Shown here: in pieces, positions 11,830 to 24,265 of the stretch | How the letters are laid out: every line of letters starts with the position of its first letter | Numbering within the stretch: the stretch's first letter is position 1 | Source: Squalus acanthias | Taxonomy: Eukaryota | Assembly (NCBI GenBank): GCA_030390025.1 | Contig: CM059432.1 | Span: 76,324,001-76,388,000, forward strand | Length of the DNA stretch: 64,000 nucleotides | Direction of reading: 5' to 3' | Made by a program: the position numbers and the translations under genes | Notes under the pieces: model-generated | The model's input: only the letters and a program-made list of their open reading frames with translations | The model's database searches: none | What the model was told of the DNA's origin: nothing

Positions 11830-14560
11830 AACTTTGTGTTGCCTGCTCATTTGGATCATCTTTGCGTCCAGCCAGCACTAACCACACTGTTCATTGGCTG
11901 GACATTTCAGCAGGGACCCAATAGCGTAAGCGGCTAGCACCACTTAAAGCTATTTTTCACTGCTTAAAGCTAGCCTGCACCTCTTAAAGGGAGGTGCATT
12001 GTGGCTGGAGCAGGTCATGGTTGAAGAGGTTCTGACCTGGGAAAGTGTGCGGAATGGCACAACAGGGGACAGAGCAGGCTCCAAGGTTTTTGTACGCTGT
12101 ACTGGAGGTCTTGGTGGAGGAGGTGGAAAGGAGGAAAGATGACCTGTATCCGCAGCGGGACAGGTGGATCCCCAGATACATGGTCAAAAAGCAGATAGCC
12201 GTGGAGGTCACTGCCAGGAGTCAAGCATCGAGGACCTGGATGCAGTGCAGCAAGAAGTTCAATGACCTCACATGAGTGGTCAAGGTCAGTGAATGTATCT
12301 TCAAATGTTATATCCTACCAACTACACCAGCAGCCTCACAGACTGCTCAAATCACCACATCCACATCACTCACCTACCAACAATTTCTATCAATCTGGCC
12401 TCATACTTAACATTCAGAGCTCCACCTCACCTGCACACACTTAGCACTGCTGCAAGCCTCACACCCACATCTCACAGGTTGCACACACTGCCAGCTATTC
12501 AACCATGACAGCCACATCAGCCAAACAGATTGCATGACACTCACTGACACACTTCCCTCCCTCTTACAGGACAAGGTGGCACACAACCAAAGGCAGCAGG
12601 AGCTAACCGGAGAGGGACACGCGCGCCTGCACATCCTCACCCCCATGGAGGAGATGGTGCTGGGCATTATTGGGACGGCCATTGCTGAGGCCGTGGCCAG
12701 CGGTGGGGCTGAAACCACCGAAGATGACGGTATCCTCGTACCTAATCCTCCTTCTCACATCCCACTTCCCCCCTCATCCCACAATCTCTTCTGACTTACA
12801 AGCTGCAGATAGTGTAGGCATGCACCTCTTACTTTCACCCCCTCCCCTCACCACAACCTCACCCTTGTGCCTTTTTCCTTTCAGATACCCAAGAGTTGCA
12901 ACTTGGCCAGGCAGTGGCAGAATACCATGAAGAGAGTGCTGTTGAAGACACGGCACCGTCACTTGATTTCACACTCGCAGCTACCAACTCAGATACTGAC
13001 ACTGCGCGTATCTTAGAGGATAGATTAGAAGTGGGATCTGTACTTGGTGGGACACTGGGCATGAGTGGGCTCCAGCCGGGGCAGGGGCCAAGGATAACGC
13101 AGGTGCCAGCTCGCTGGTGGGCAAGTTTGCCCACGTGTTCTGCTGCAAATGACTCGGGTGAGGAATTCGAAGGGGCAGCCTACAGAAGAAGGCTGATGGG
13201 TATGCACAAAAACACGTTTGGTGCATTGGGAAGCCTGCCAGAAAGCCTGCGGTCAATGTCAAGGAGCATGGAGGAGTCCAGCACCAACCTTGCACAGGGC
13301 TTTGCGCAGAGCTCCTTTCCAGGATGGAACTGGTGGCCAACTCCGTTCGAACACTTGTGGACCGAACCATGATGCTGCACCTGATGGCCAATATCACAGC
13401 TTCCATTGCAGCACAAGCAGCAGCCACCCAACGTCCAATCTGTCCTCCAACAGATTACTAGGATTGCTGCAGCGCCGCCCCGGGGGAGTGGAGTGGCTCA
13501 GTGGAGCATGAACCTGCTGTCCTCTCTCAGGATGACAACATTCATCCTCCCACCCCTGCCACTCCACCAGTGCCCTTGCTGCTGCCTGTCTTCCAACCAG
13601 GCCAGACTGCTGCCGCCCATGCTGAGGTGGCGTAGTCTACAGCCGGATCTTCTAGGCGCAGAGCTGCTCGAGGTCATCCTACAAGGCCATCAGCAGTCTC
13701 CCCCACTGAAAGTTGAGCAGCCTTCCACCAGCCATGCTGCAGCCATTGGGGGAACACTGGTAAGAGCACTAGAACAGGCAAAGGCACATGGAAGACAGGC
13801 ACTAAGGAAATGTACAAGGGTGATTAGTTGACTTTTGTATGCAATATGGCATGATTTAATTTATAAATTTGGTTTAAAATGTTTATTTTGTGGTGGACTT
13901 TATTTTTGCATTGAGAGGGTTAGTGGCAAAGTGAAGGTAAGGCATGGGACTGTTGGTGAATGAGAAATTGGTGTTAATGTTACTGGTATCGCACTCGGAA
14001 TAATTCTTCATGGACAGCCCGGGCAGAAAGAGGTTGTCTAGGTTGCCTCCTCCTTTCCTCATCCTCCTTCTCCTCCTCCCTCTTCCAGCAGCTTGTCCTG
14101 CTCTGCATGGCCTCTGTTCATTCTCCAAGTCATGCTGTACTTCAAGGGGAATGCCTATAAGTGCACCCATGTCTGGGAGCAACTGGTGTGTGCAGAAACC
14201 TTGAAGTTAGCAAAAAGTACTTCAGCACCTGTCATACCACTCCCTGTAGACTTTTGTAACTTGAAACAACTGTAGAAAGCACCAAACACTTGTAGAATCG
14301 TAGCAACAGCCAGAAGAAATCAACCAGCAACTAACTTGTAAGTAGTTGATGATCCCTTTAAATAGTGCCGGTGGGAGTTCCTTCCAGCTGCTGAATGCGT
14401 GTTGAGCTATGCGGTGTTAAGATAGGGCGTTGGCTGGAGCATTGAGCTCCAAAATGGCAGTGCTGGTGTCAAATCAGCATTGCATGCTGATTGATGTCAT
14501 GATCTGCCTACTCCACATACTTCCGCCGGACGTTCACTGCGCACGTGCTAACGCCTGTTA
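11830..14560 (+). mobile_element. Harbinger element H2 (termini not recognisable): Myb gene on +, internally deleted transposase on -
   Basis: Myb exons ~12053-12283, 12570-12729 and 12885-13827 (APRF...RTWMQCSKKFNDLT); transposase N- and C-termini fused at ~13980-14170. Confidence 0.85.
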
Positions 14561-14599
14561 GCCCGGAGACGGACTGAGACTGAAACTAGGATTGGAAGC

Positions 14600-14732
14600 A
14601 AAGCATAAATGGAGAAAACTACAAATGTCAGAAATATGAAATAAAAACAGAAAATATTGGAAATACAGGTCTGTCAGCATCTGCAAAGAGAAAAAACAGG
14701 TCATCATTTTGGGTGTACAACTCTTCATGAAG
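14600..14732. repeat. Degenerate Penelope-type terminal repeat arm
   Basis: gaaatatgaaataaaaacagaaaatattggaaatac...cagcatctg resembles the arm at 31848-31952. Confidence 0.65.
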
Positions 14733-16548
14733 TGGGAAGTGATTATTAAGCTTGTGCCTATATTGTAAAGAACAACGCACTTTCAAGTGCGTCTAAAGCA
14801 AAGACACCTCTTGGGGTGGAGATGATATTCACAAACCTTTCAAACTTAGCTGTCAAGGTTTGTGATGTGATCTCAGCCCTTTAATGAGTTAACACCTTGT
14901 AACACAATGTGCTTTACCCTATATATACATTAAGATATTAAAATACGTTGATCACATTTCACCATAGTAAAGAGGCATGGGTCTGACAGTGCCCAGTTGC
15001 AGTTTTACTGTGGATTTCACAGGATGTTGCCACTACCTTTATGTCTCCGACTGGGAACTCATTTGAATGTGTGGGTTTTAAAAGCATTGTTATTTCAATG
15101 TAATGAAATACAGTGTGGGTCTCAGCACAATACAAGACAATTATTGAGCACTACAGGTCCCAATTATGTGACTTCAGTTTTCAGTTAAAGATAATAATTT
15201 TCCTAATTCCATTGGAGCCAAAAACATGAAAATATTCAAGGAATGTATAAATTCAGCTGTCTCTTGTATGTATTAAATTACAAAGTCATTTGATATTGAT
15301 GATTAGTTTTACATTTTTGTAGAGAACAAAATGAAAATAATTGTCAATTCACAGAAAATGGTTACAAATGTTTACACTTTTCTCAATGCAATACGCAACA
15401 GTTTATTAGATAAAATGATTTTTTTTAAAGTGTGCTGCTCATTATCATATCAATACACTAAAGTGACAGCCACTCATACTTTGTTTAGCCCCTGTCCTGC
15501 AAAAGCATGCACAGTACTTGTCTGCAGACGTAAATAAACGTTCATTATTGGGGAAATTCTTTACATTGATAATGCATGGACGAAGATCATTTCTAATTAA
15601 AATTTGATGAGTCCTGGAGCATATTCTCTGCATTGCCTGGAATCATAAGTTTCCTGATTGCTGCAACAATTTCTAGTTCCTATTGATGGCCGGTCTGAAT
15701 ACCCCTCAGTGCAGCTCTTACGTCCCCAGAAGCTACTGAAGCACCAGATTGTTACTATAAATGGGGTGAAAAGCGATGCAGCTTCCTCTGACTTCCTCCA
15801 CTCAACCTAATGGAGATTAAGAGCCATTAAGGGCTCTTTGCTGCATGTGCAGTTTATATTGATCAGATTGACTCATTCGTTTTAGCCAATGATCCGATTA
15901 CAAGTGTGGTCACCTTTCTGTGATTACTGGCAGTGACATGCCTACGCAGGCACTTTAGAAGAGAGCAGATGATATTTAGAGGAATTTTTTAATATATAAT
16001 CTGAAGTCTGTGTAAGAAGCGGTCCAACTCATTGGCCTGTACCAAACCACTTGTACCAAACCTCACTGTGTAATAGTGCTGCAGAGTTCTGTGATGCTAG
16101 GCTATACAGACAAAATCAGAACAGCTTCATTTTCAGAAGTAGATTTCTCTAAGTCTAAACACCATAAAATAAATGAAAATGATATATACTGTTGAATGAA
16201 TATTTTTCTTAATTTTTTTTTTAATAGATTTTTAACGTGATGGAAAAATTCTCTATTTACTCCGGATAATTATGTGTGCACAGTGTAGTGAAGCATCGTT
16301 ATAATATTAAAATACATTTTTGTTCAGCTAACTCTCAAGTGACAGTGTTTTCACAGACTTTTTGGAATCATGCCAATCCATTCAGATGAGGAATGTAGGA
16401 TAGAATTAAAAAATTGTGTAAGTACATGATTAATGGAAAATTTGTCAATGCAATTTTCACAAAGAAACCCAGCCATTTGCACTTAGCATTAACCAAGATC
16501 TGTTCTTTTCCAATGCCTCAGTCTCAGTTGATAAATTCACTGACCAAT

Positions 16549-16987
16549 GCAACACGGTGGCATAGTGGTTAGCACTGGTGCCTCACAGCGCCAGCGACCC
16601 GGGTTCGAATCTGGCCTCGGGTGACTGTCTGTGTGGAGTTTGCACATTCTCCCCGTGTCTGCGTGGGTTTCCTCCGGGTGCTCCGGTTTCCTCCCACAGT
16701 CCAAAAATGTGCGGGTTAGGTTGATTTGGCTATGATAAATTGACCCTTAGTGTTAGGGGGGGGATTAAATATGTGGGGTTACGGGGATAGGATGGGATAT
16801 GTTAGGGGGAATTAAATACGTGGGGTTACGGGGATAGGGTGGGATATGTGTCGGTGCAGGCTTGATGGGGATTCTGTGTGAGAAAGCAGGGACAGGGTAC
16901 TGGATTTGGATGATCAGCCATGATCGTATTGAATGGTGGAGCAGGCTCGACGGGCCGAATGGCCTACTCCTGCTCCTAGTTTCTATG
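16549..16987 (+). mobile_element. Full-length tRNA-derived HE1/V-SINE with internal tandem duplication and CR1-derived tail
   Basis: A box (tggcatagtgg), B box (ggttcgaatct), V-domain gtggagtttgcacattctccccgtgtctgcgtgggtttcctccgggtgctccggtttcctcccaca, and a CR1 3' tail. Confidence 0.92.
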
Positions 16988-17134
16988 ATAGGGAGCCATA
17001 CAAACCCGTCTGTGCTGAGTCAGCTGATCTTTGTCAGGGCAGCAGTTGGTTGCTACAATTGGCTGAAAAACCAGCCAGGGTCCTTGTTCCCGGTCACTGT
17101 CCCTTGACGCTTGCTGGTAACTGTGCATATCATC

Positions 17135-18050
17135 CCTCTCTGCAGTATTTGACACGGTTGAACCTCCTCCATCACCTTTCATTCACCTTCAGGGACAACC
17201 CTCAACTGACTCCACTCCTACATGTCCCAATGAAGCCAGCACATCTACAGCATTGGCTTCTCCTCCCACCCCCACAGTCAATTTTCATAAATATGCTGAT
17301 GACACCCAGCTCTCCCCCTTCACCTTCAATTCCACAATGATGTCTGTGTTGTCAAACTGATTATCTGACATCAAGTCATGGAGGAGTCAAAACTTCCTTC
17401 AGTTCAACATTGAGAAAAGCAATGCCATCTTTTTTTGGTTCCTGCCAAAAACTCCGTATCCTTGTTTTCCTCTCCCATTCTGTCCATTCAGGCTGAAACA
17501 GACAGTGTGAAACTTCGGTATCCTGTTCAACCCTGAGCTGAGCTTCAAACACCGTATCCTAGGCATTACCAAGACATCATACTTCCATCTTCACAACATT
17601 GCCCAACTTTGCCCCTACATTACCGATGCATCACTGAAGCCATTATCCCATGCTTTCCTTACCTCTCCAGTCTCCCAAAAACTCCAACTTGTCCAAATCT
17701 CTTCCATTTGGATCCTATGCTGTTGTAAGTCACATTCACCCACCATCGCTGTCCTTTTTAACTGCTATTGGTTCCCTGTCCCTAATGCACCAATTTCAAA
17801 ATCTTGTCCTCATTTGCAAATCCATCCACAGACTCAACACACTTACTTCTACAATCTTCACCAAACCTTAATCCCAACCCGTGCCTTGCAGTACTCACTT
17901 GATGGCAGAGCTTTCAGCCATCCTGGATCTCCCTGGAACGCGCTCCCTAAACCTATTCATTGTCTACTTCCCTTGCCCCATTTAAAAGCTCCTCTAAACC
18001 TCCCCTTGTGACAGCCTAAATCCTAAATCCTCTACAGCTTAGTCTAGCTT
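17135..18050 (+). mobile_element. Old L2-clade LINE fragment
   Basis: HKYADDTQL (~17285) and LSDIKSWRSQNFLQFNIEKS (~17360), with GRAFS...WNALP near the 3' end; heavily disrupted. Confidence 0.8.
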
Positions 18051-18074
18051 CTATGCAAAGCACCTTTTGCAAGT

Positions 18075-18803
18075 TGTTGGGTGAGAATAGGAGTGGGTGG
18101 GACAGAACAGGGGTGCCTGTCAACAGCCAGGAAACCCGGAAATACCAGGAAGACGGAGGTCCTGCCGAATTTAACAGCAGGACTTCATTAGAATTTTTTT
18201 ACTCCATTTCCCACACTCCAGCAGGCCAGACTGAGAGGCTAGCCCGCTGCCGCATAGGAAAGCCTGTGGTACAAGGCAGCAGCCGGGGACTGCTGGGAAT
18301 GGTACCCAGCGATCGAGTAGATTGGGGCTAGTGGTGAGGGGGGGCTCGTAGCACAGCGGAGAAGAAGGAGGAAGATTGGATTGCGGGGGGAGAGATCACG
18401 GGGGAGAGATTGTGGGGGGGAGGCAGATCACAACAGGTTTGCTTGAGGGGTCTGTGGGGGGAAGTATTTCTGCTCCTCCTGGCCCACAAGAAGTGCTGGA
18501 AAAGCACTTACCTGTTGGATCTGTCAGCTCCCACCTCCATTAGCTGCCTGGTTTCCCGAGCCCCGGGAAACCTGTGCTGGGGTCGTTAATTCCAAATCGC
18601 TGACAAAATCTGAGGCATGGAGCCGCATTTATTAAAGTCACTGACCTGCCTCTCCAGAGGGGGTTACTCGACCGACCCCAATCCCGCCGCGGTTAAAACA
18701 GAAATAGGCACGTTCGCGGTGAGTTGGGGTTGGGTTTCATATTTTTACCAATCTAACAACCACCCCCGACCCTCTCCACCCATCGTGGGGTTAAAATTCC
18801 CCC
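18075..18803. mobile_element. Harbinger-type MITE (left end eroded)
   Basis: GC-rich; ends in ttaaaattccccc; shares gggaaaccc/ttaaaa subterminal motifs with 47750-48368 and 59000-59279. Confidence 0.6.
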
Positions 18804-19522
18804 TCCTCACAATCTAGACTCATATATGAAGAATGGTCACAAGTGCATGCTAGGTAGTGGGGGCTCAGCTTGTGTTAGCACCTTCAAGAGAGGAGTGGAA
18901 GAAGTTGGAGAGGATAAAAACAAGATTGTACTCAACATAACCATCAAAAGAACAATGATCTCAGGAGACGACCGAGAGTCTCATTATAGGCAAAGCAGTG
19001 ATACACAACAAAAAGAAAGTGAGTGCATCTGACAAGGCAGAGTTTCATCATTTTGCGGTGTACATCATTTGCATTTCTCTTGTAATGATAAACTTTTAAA
19101 AATTCTTATTTAAAGTTATGCTTCAACTATGTTGACAATGGTACTTTTGAAGACCGATGTTCATGAATGCACGTCGCATGACAAAAGGCAGTTGGGGTAT
19201 GTGAACTAAGCTTCTCACTGCAATCACTGGATGCAATAACATCTTCTATTCTTCAACACTGCCATTCATCCAGTAATAAGCAAAAGTATTTATAGCCAGA
19301 TAACTCAAATGCCATTTAAACTGCTAATTTAATACACAGTACAATTTATTTTATTCACCTAAAGTGATGTGATGTAACCCACATACTGTACTCAAGTTTT
19401 AATGGAAAATTCCATCAAAGAAACAATTTCTCTTTACTCTAGGTTCCCTATTTTAAAACAGATAATGAAAAGATAATGCACACAGTTCCCATCAACATAG
19501 CCTTTGCAAAAATTACTTGTAG

Positions 19523-19968
19523 TGTCAGCTGTGGCTCAGTGGGTAGCACACTCGCCTTCTAAGTCAAGAATGGTTGTGGGGTCAAGTCACACTCCAGGGA
19601 CTTGAGCACATAAATCTAGGCTGACACTCCAGTGCAGTGCTGAGGGAGTGCTGCACTGTTGGAGGTGCCGTCTTTCACAGGAGACGTTAAACTGAGGCCT
19701 TGTCTGCTCTCTCAGGTGGATGTAAAACACCCCATGGCACTATTTCGAAGAAGAGCAGGAGAGTTATCCCCACTGTCCAGTATTTATCCCTCAATCAACA
19801 TAACAAAAACAGATTATCTGGTCATTATCACATTGCTGTTTGTGGGAGCTTGCTGTGTGCAAATTGGTTGATGCGTTTCCCACATTACAACAGTGACTTC
19901 ATTGGCTGTAAAGCGCTTTGAGACGTCCGGTGGTCGTAAAAGGCGCTATATCAATGCAAGTCTTTCAT
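19523..19968 (+). mobile_element. Deu-SINE (SacSINE1-like), near full length
   Basis: tRNA-like head tggctcagtgggtagcac; Deu core ctctcaggtggatgtaaaa...atggcactatttcgaagaagagcagg; L2-like tail gtaaagcgctttgagacg...aaggcgctata...gcaagtctttc. Confidence 0.88.
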
Positions 19969-21589
19969 TTTGCAAAATGTAAAATTGCTGTCCCAAAATA
20001 TCTTTGAATGAGCCGCTGATGATGGTTGGCCTTTTGTACCATTTTATTGAGCTCATCCTTACTGACGGAATCAATTAGTAAATAGGCAGAGATTTCTCAT
20101 CAGGCTTTGGTATTTGAGAGGCTGGTATGTAGGTTTGATAAAAGTTGTCAAGCAACCTCATAGATTCTGATATCTAAAGGCAACAATGCAGCACTTCTGT
20201 GGCAACTGCCTTTTGGCAAACTAAAAATTTTAAGAATGTGTAGACTACAGAAAGTGTCCTTTCAAAATTATGAAATATTTTAAAATACCATGGGAAGAAG
20301 AATGGATTTCTACATGAGGGGAGATTTTTGAAAGCCTGGAGGGGTATGTATGTCTGTTATTTCAGCCTGTCTTCAGTGTTTATATCTGTTTGTTCATTCT
20401 ATCAGTAAGCCCCTCTATTTTTGTACATCCCGGCATGTCACAATAAATAATGCATTGCTTTTCAAATAGCCTTGCTAAGAGCACTTCTGCACTCTGTGCA
20501 CAATACATTTGCAAAAGGAAAAGCAAGGAAGTGCTAGTTTAGAAATTAGATTTAAGAACAGGCACCTTTACAGCAAATATTCATTTTTGTCTCTGCTTCC
20601 ATGCGGTATTGTATTGACTGTCTTGTAAGGTTAATGACAACCACTCATTACCCTTGACATATATGTAATAATTTGGCCTAGTAGTGACAGTTGTGAATGG
20701 CATCGACTTGTCAACCCCCTATAGTTTTCTTAGCAGATGGCCACTGTAAGGAAGAGCCCTCATATGTATTCCAATGTTATCCAGAACACATGCAAAAGGA
20801 TAAATGTTTTTCCTTATGGGGATGGATTACGAATGGAATACTAATTGAATATATCAAAATGATGGCCCGTGTTCATCTCAGCCATTTTGCCCTGTTACCT
20901 CAGTAGGAAACTGCAAAAGGTGGCTTGAGGCAAGGCTTAATATTCAGGAAGAAACAACATAGAGCACTGCTTTAGTTCTTAGAAATGTTTCCAAATTTCA
21001 CAAAGGTGATAAAGAATCTTTAATTACTTAACTGTGTTTCCACCCAAAAAGACACACTGCTTTCAAGATGAATCTAATGATTCCAACTAGCTTGCTGAAC
21101 AGTAAGTATCTGTGGCCTCAAAAACAATTTGAAAATAATGGAATGAAAATTGGACTGGTTCTATGAAGAGCAGGCGATCCGCTCCACCAGATTACCGCCT
21201 AGGTCCCATTGCTGGGCAGAGTAAAGAGGGCTTTACTCTGCATTTAATCATGCTGCTTCTGACCTGAGAGTGCCTGAAGTAAACAGTTATGGAAAATTTA
21301 CACTTATGACCTAGAGTTACTGGCCCTGTACTTTCCATGATGCTAGGGGAAGGATCTGTAATGGTAAACGATTCAAAAATCTCTCAACCCATGCAGACCA
21401 TAAAAAATGGCAGCAGGCAACAGCCGGCACTGCTGGTGGCACTCATTTGTGTTGGCTAGTGCCTCTGGTGGCACAGGGAAATACCCCTTCCTGAAGTGAG
21501 TGTCTGTGCAACCAGAGGAACTAATGTCAATTTGTTTGTGTCATTGCACTGTTACAGAGTTAGGAATTCCTTCAGTGTCAGCACTTGGA

Positions 21590-21935
21590 TGAATATGATG
21601 CAGTTAGATCTTTCATAGGCCTATCAAAAGATCACATTAGATGACAACTCTGATCAGTATCGAACTATTCAGATGCATAAAAGAACACACTGCTACAGCA
21701 GATTTTCCAGTGGAATGCCCTGTACTCTCGCTATCTTTTAATGAATAATGGATTAACTGCTACAAGGGCGAGATAAGGTAATTCACTACCTGAATGATAT
21801 TTTGATAACTGGAAGTACCGAGGAGGCAGAACTGCAGCAGCTGGGGAGAGTGCTGTCGCATTTACAAATGCATAGTTACACAAAGCTAAATGCAAACATT
21901 TTCAGGATAAGCTTACATACTTGGGAGATGTTGAA
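21590..21935 (+). pseudogene. Fossil Ty3/Gypsy LTR-retrotransposon reverse transcriptase fragment
   Basis: QLDLS*AYQKITLDDNSDQYRTIQMHK (~21601-21680) and YLNDILITGSTEEAELQQLGRVL...KLTYLG (~21786-21925) match the Gypsy RT LDL..AY and YLDDIL motifs. Confidence 0.75.
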
Positions 21936-22489
21936 GTTCTGAGGAGCTAAATGCAATTGTACAAGCATCTGTAAGTAACATAATTTCCAGTGTTGTTGAG
22001 TTATAGGAAATTATTGTACCAGTCTACTGTTATTTCTTCTACAAAATTACCCATTAAGCCTGCCCAACCAGATATGGGGCAACCATGTACATCATTTCCT
22101 CACCCGTAACATGTAATCTGCTGAGAAAAACAAACAAAAAAGAGAAAAGAACTGTGGCCTATTTAGGAAACATTCTGGGAAATTCTTCTCTGACCTCCCA
22201 AGGCAATCAAGGAGATTACTCATCATTGTCCCAGATAACTAGCAACTTAACTTTTATAACTTTAAATATCCTGTTCACTCAGAACCATTGCTAAAAAAAG
22301 CAGGTGCTATGATTTGACAATTTGATTGTGAATTGGCTAAACAATTAACGCCATTTGGGATGCGTCATGATCCTGATTTATAGGTTTGTTTAGTCTGTTA
22401 TGCTTCTTTGGTGTCAGACTTAGCTCAATGGCAGCACTCTCAACTCAGAGTCTACAGGTTGTGGGTTCAAACCACATTTCAGAGACTTG

Positions 22490-23196
22490 GGGGGAGAAAT
22501 TCAGGATCGTCCCGTTTGGGAGCGGTAACTTTTGAAAGCTGGGCACCAGGCGCAAATGATTCCCAGCTTTTTCTAAATTTGGTGCTTGCGCTCCAGGAAG
22601 GAAGTGGAGCGCTAAATCAAGCACTCCACTTCCTTCCTGGAGCGCTAAAGGATGCAGGCGGGTCCTGTGCAGCGCTGCCGCAATCTGAGGCTCCTTCCCT
22701 CCCTTAAAGGCTCTGCATTGGGACCAGTTAGCTGGTCCCCGACAGCAGCCGTGATCTGGCCTGATCAGCCCCATGCACTCCAGCAGAGTGCCGGGCTGAT
22801 CGATCGCAGCCCAGGAGAATTGAAAAAAATGAAAAAAAAGCATTTTACAAATTTTCCTACTTACCTCGGCAACCTCCCCTTTAACTTTCACCCCTGAAGC
22901 GCCAGGCCTCCCGAACAATGCCTCCTGCAGCTGCCGGTGTTTTCGCCCGGCAATGCTGCAGGGGGCGGAACCGAAGTTCGGGTCCGGGGTGCTACCGGGG
23001 CGATGTGCACGGCAATGATGTCACGATCTCCAGGCACAGGAAATCGTGACGCAAAGTGTTACTGCCACCGCAAACCTCCCGGCCAAGTTAGCGGGAGTCG
23101 TTCATCTTGCGTGCCCGAGCGGTAAGTCGTTAGCGCCCCATTATCGCCCCTCGGGGGGTGCTAACGGGGGGTGCTAACCCACCGACTTTCTCCCCC
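22490..23196. mobile_element. Harbinger-type MITE with 3-bp TSD
   Basis: TIR gggggagaaa / tttctccccc; TTG duplicated at 22487-22489 and 23197-23199. Confidence 0.85.
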
Positions 23197-23659
23197 TTGA
23201 TCCCATAATCTAGGCTGACTTCAGTGCAATGAAGGAGTGCTGTACTGTAGGAGGTGTGAAGTTTTGGATGAGACATTAAACAAAGGCCCCATCTGCTCTC
23301 TCAGGTGGATATTAAAGATCCCACAGCAATATTTAAACAGAGCAGTTGAGATTTCCCTATGTCAGTGTAAATCCCTTAACCATTATCACTAAAGACAGAG
23401 GGCTATAAATTCAATTAGGGCCATTTTTGGGTGCAGAATTGATGGCACGCTGGGAGCTTATGCCAGAAGCCGGAGGCCTGAGGCTCAACTTAAATTGGAT
23501 CTTGGACCTCATATTTCCGGTGAGCTGCAGATGTCAATTGTGTATCCAGAGGTAGTTCGCTGGTTTGAACAGGATCTATTTAGCCCAGCTGCCCACCGGC
23601 AGTGCCCTCAGGTCGGTGGGGAGGAGAATGGGAAGGTGGTGAATGCAGGAAGATAGCAA

Positions 23660-23980
23660 AAGAAAGAAAGAAAGACTTGCATTTATATAACACGTTTCAC
23701 AACCTCAGGACGTCCCAAAGTGCTTTACAACCAATGAAGTACTTTTGAAGTGTTGTCACTGTTGTAATGTAGGAAACGCAGCAGCCAATTTGCACACAGC
23801 AAGCTCTTTTTCGAATAGTGCCATGGGATCTTTTACATCCATCTGAGAGGGCAGAAAGGGCCTTGGTTTAACGTCTCATCTGAAAGACGGCACCGCCGAC
23901 AGTGCAGCTCTCCCTCAGTATTGCACTGCAGCGTCAACCTAGAGGCGAGAATGCTACCCATTGAGCCATGGCTGATATCA
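23660..23980 (-). mobile_element. Deu-SINE, internally deleted
   Basis: Reverse complement matches the Deu head, core and tail. Confidence 0.85.
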
Positions 23981-24265
23981 TCTGAGAGACTGGGATGTAC
24001 ATTTGATAAAAGTTGTCAGGCAACCTCATAGATTCTGATATCTCAAGGCAGCAATGCAGCACTTCTGTGGCAACAGCCTTATCATGAACTAAAAATTTTA
24101 AGAATATGTAGACCTGTAAAATGTCCTTTTAAAATACCATATTTAATTATGAAATATTTTAAAATATCCTGGGAAGAAGAATAGATTTCAGGAATGCTGT
24201 GGAGCCAGAAGGAGAACTCCTGCTTATACTGGCTCTATACAACGAAAAATAGAAATATAAACATA

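Larger units (their letters stand above)
16515..18915 (+). mobile_element. Ancient AmnSINE2-like SINE fragmented by later insertions (pieces ~16515-16548, 16990-17132, 18810-18915)
   Basis: gagccataca...tctgtgctgagtcagctgatct...gctacaattggc...ccagggt and atgaagaatggtcac...ccttcaagagaggag are collinear with the copies at 41862 and 54300. Family name is from memory of the consensus. Confidence 0.55.

Noticed and set aside
16549..16625. tRNA-like A/B boxes
   Set aside because: This is the SINE head, not a tRNA gene; the same applies to the Deu-SINE heads.
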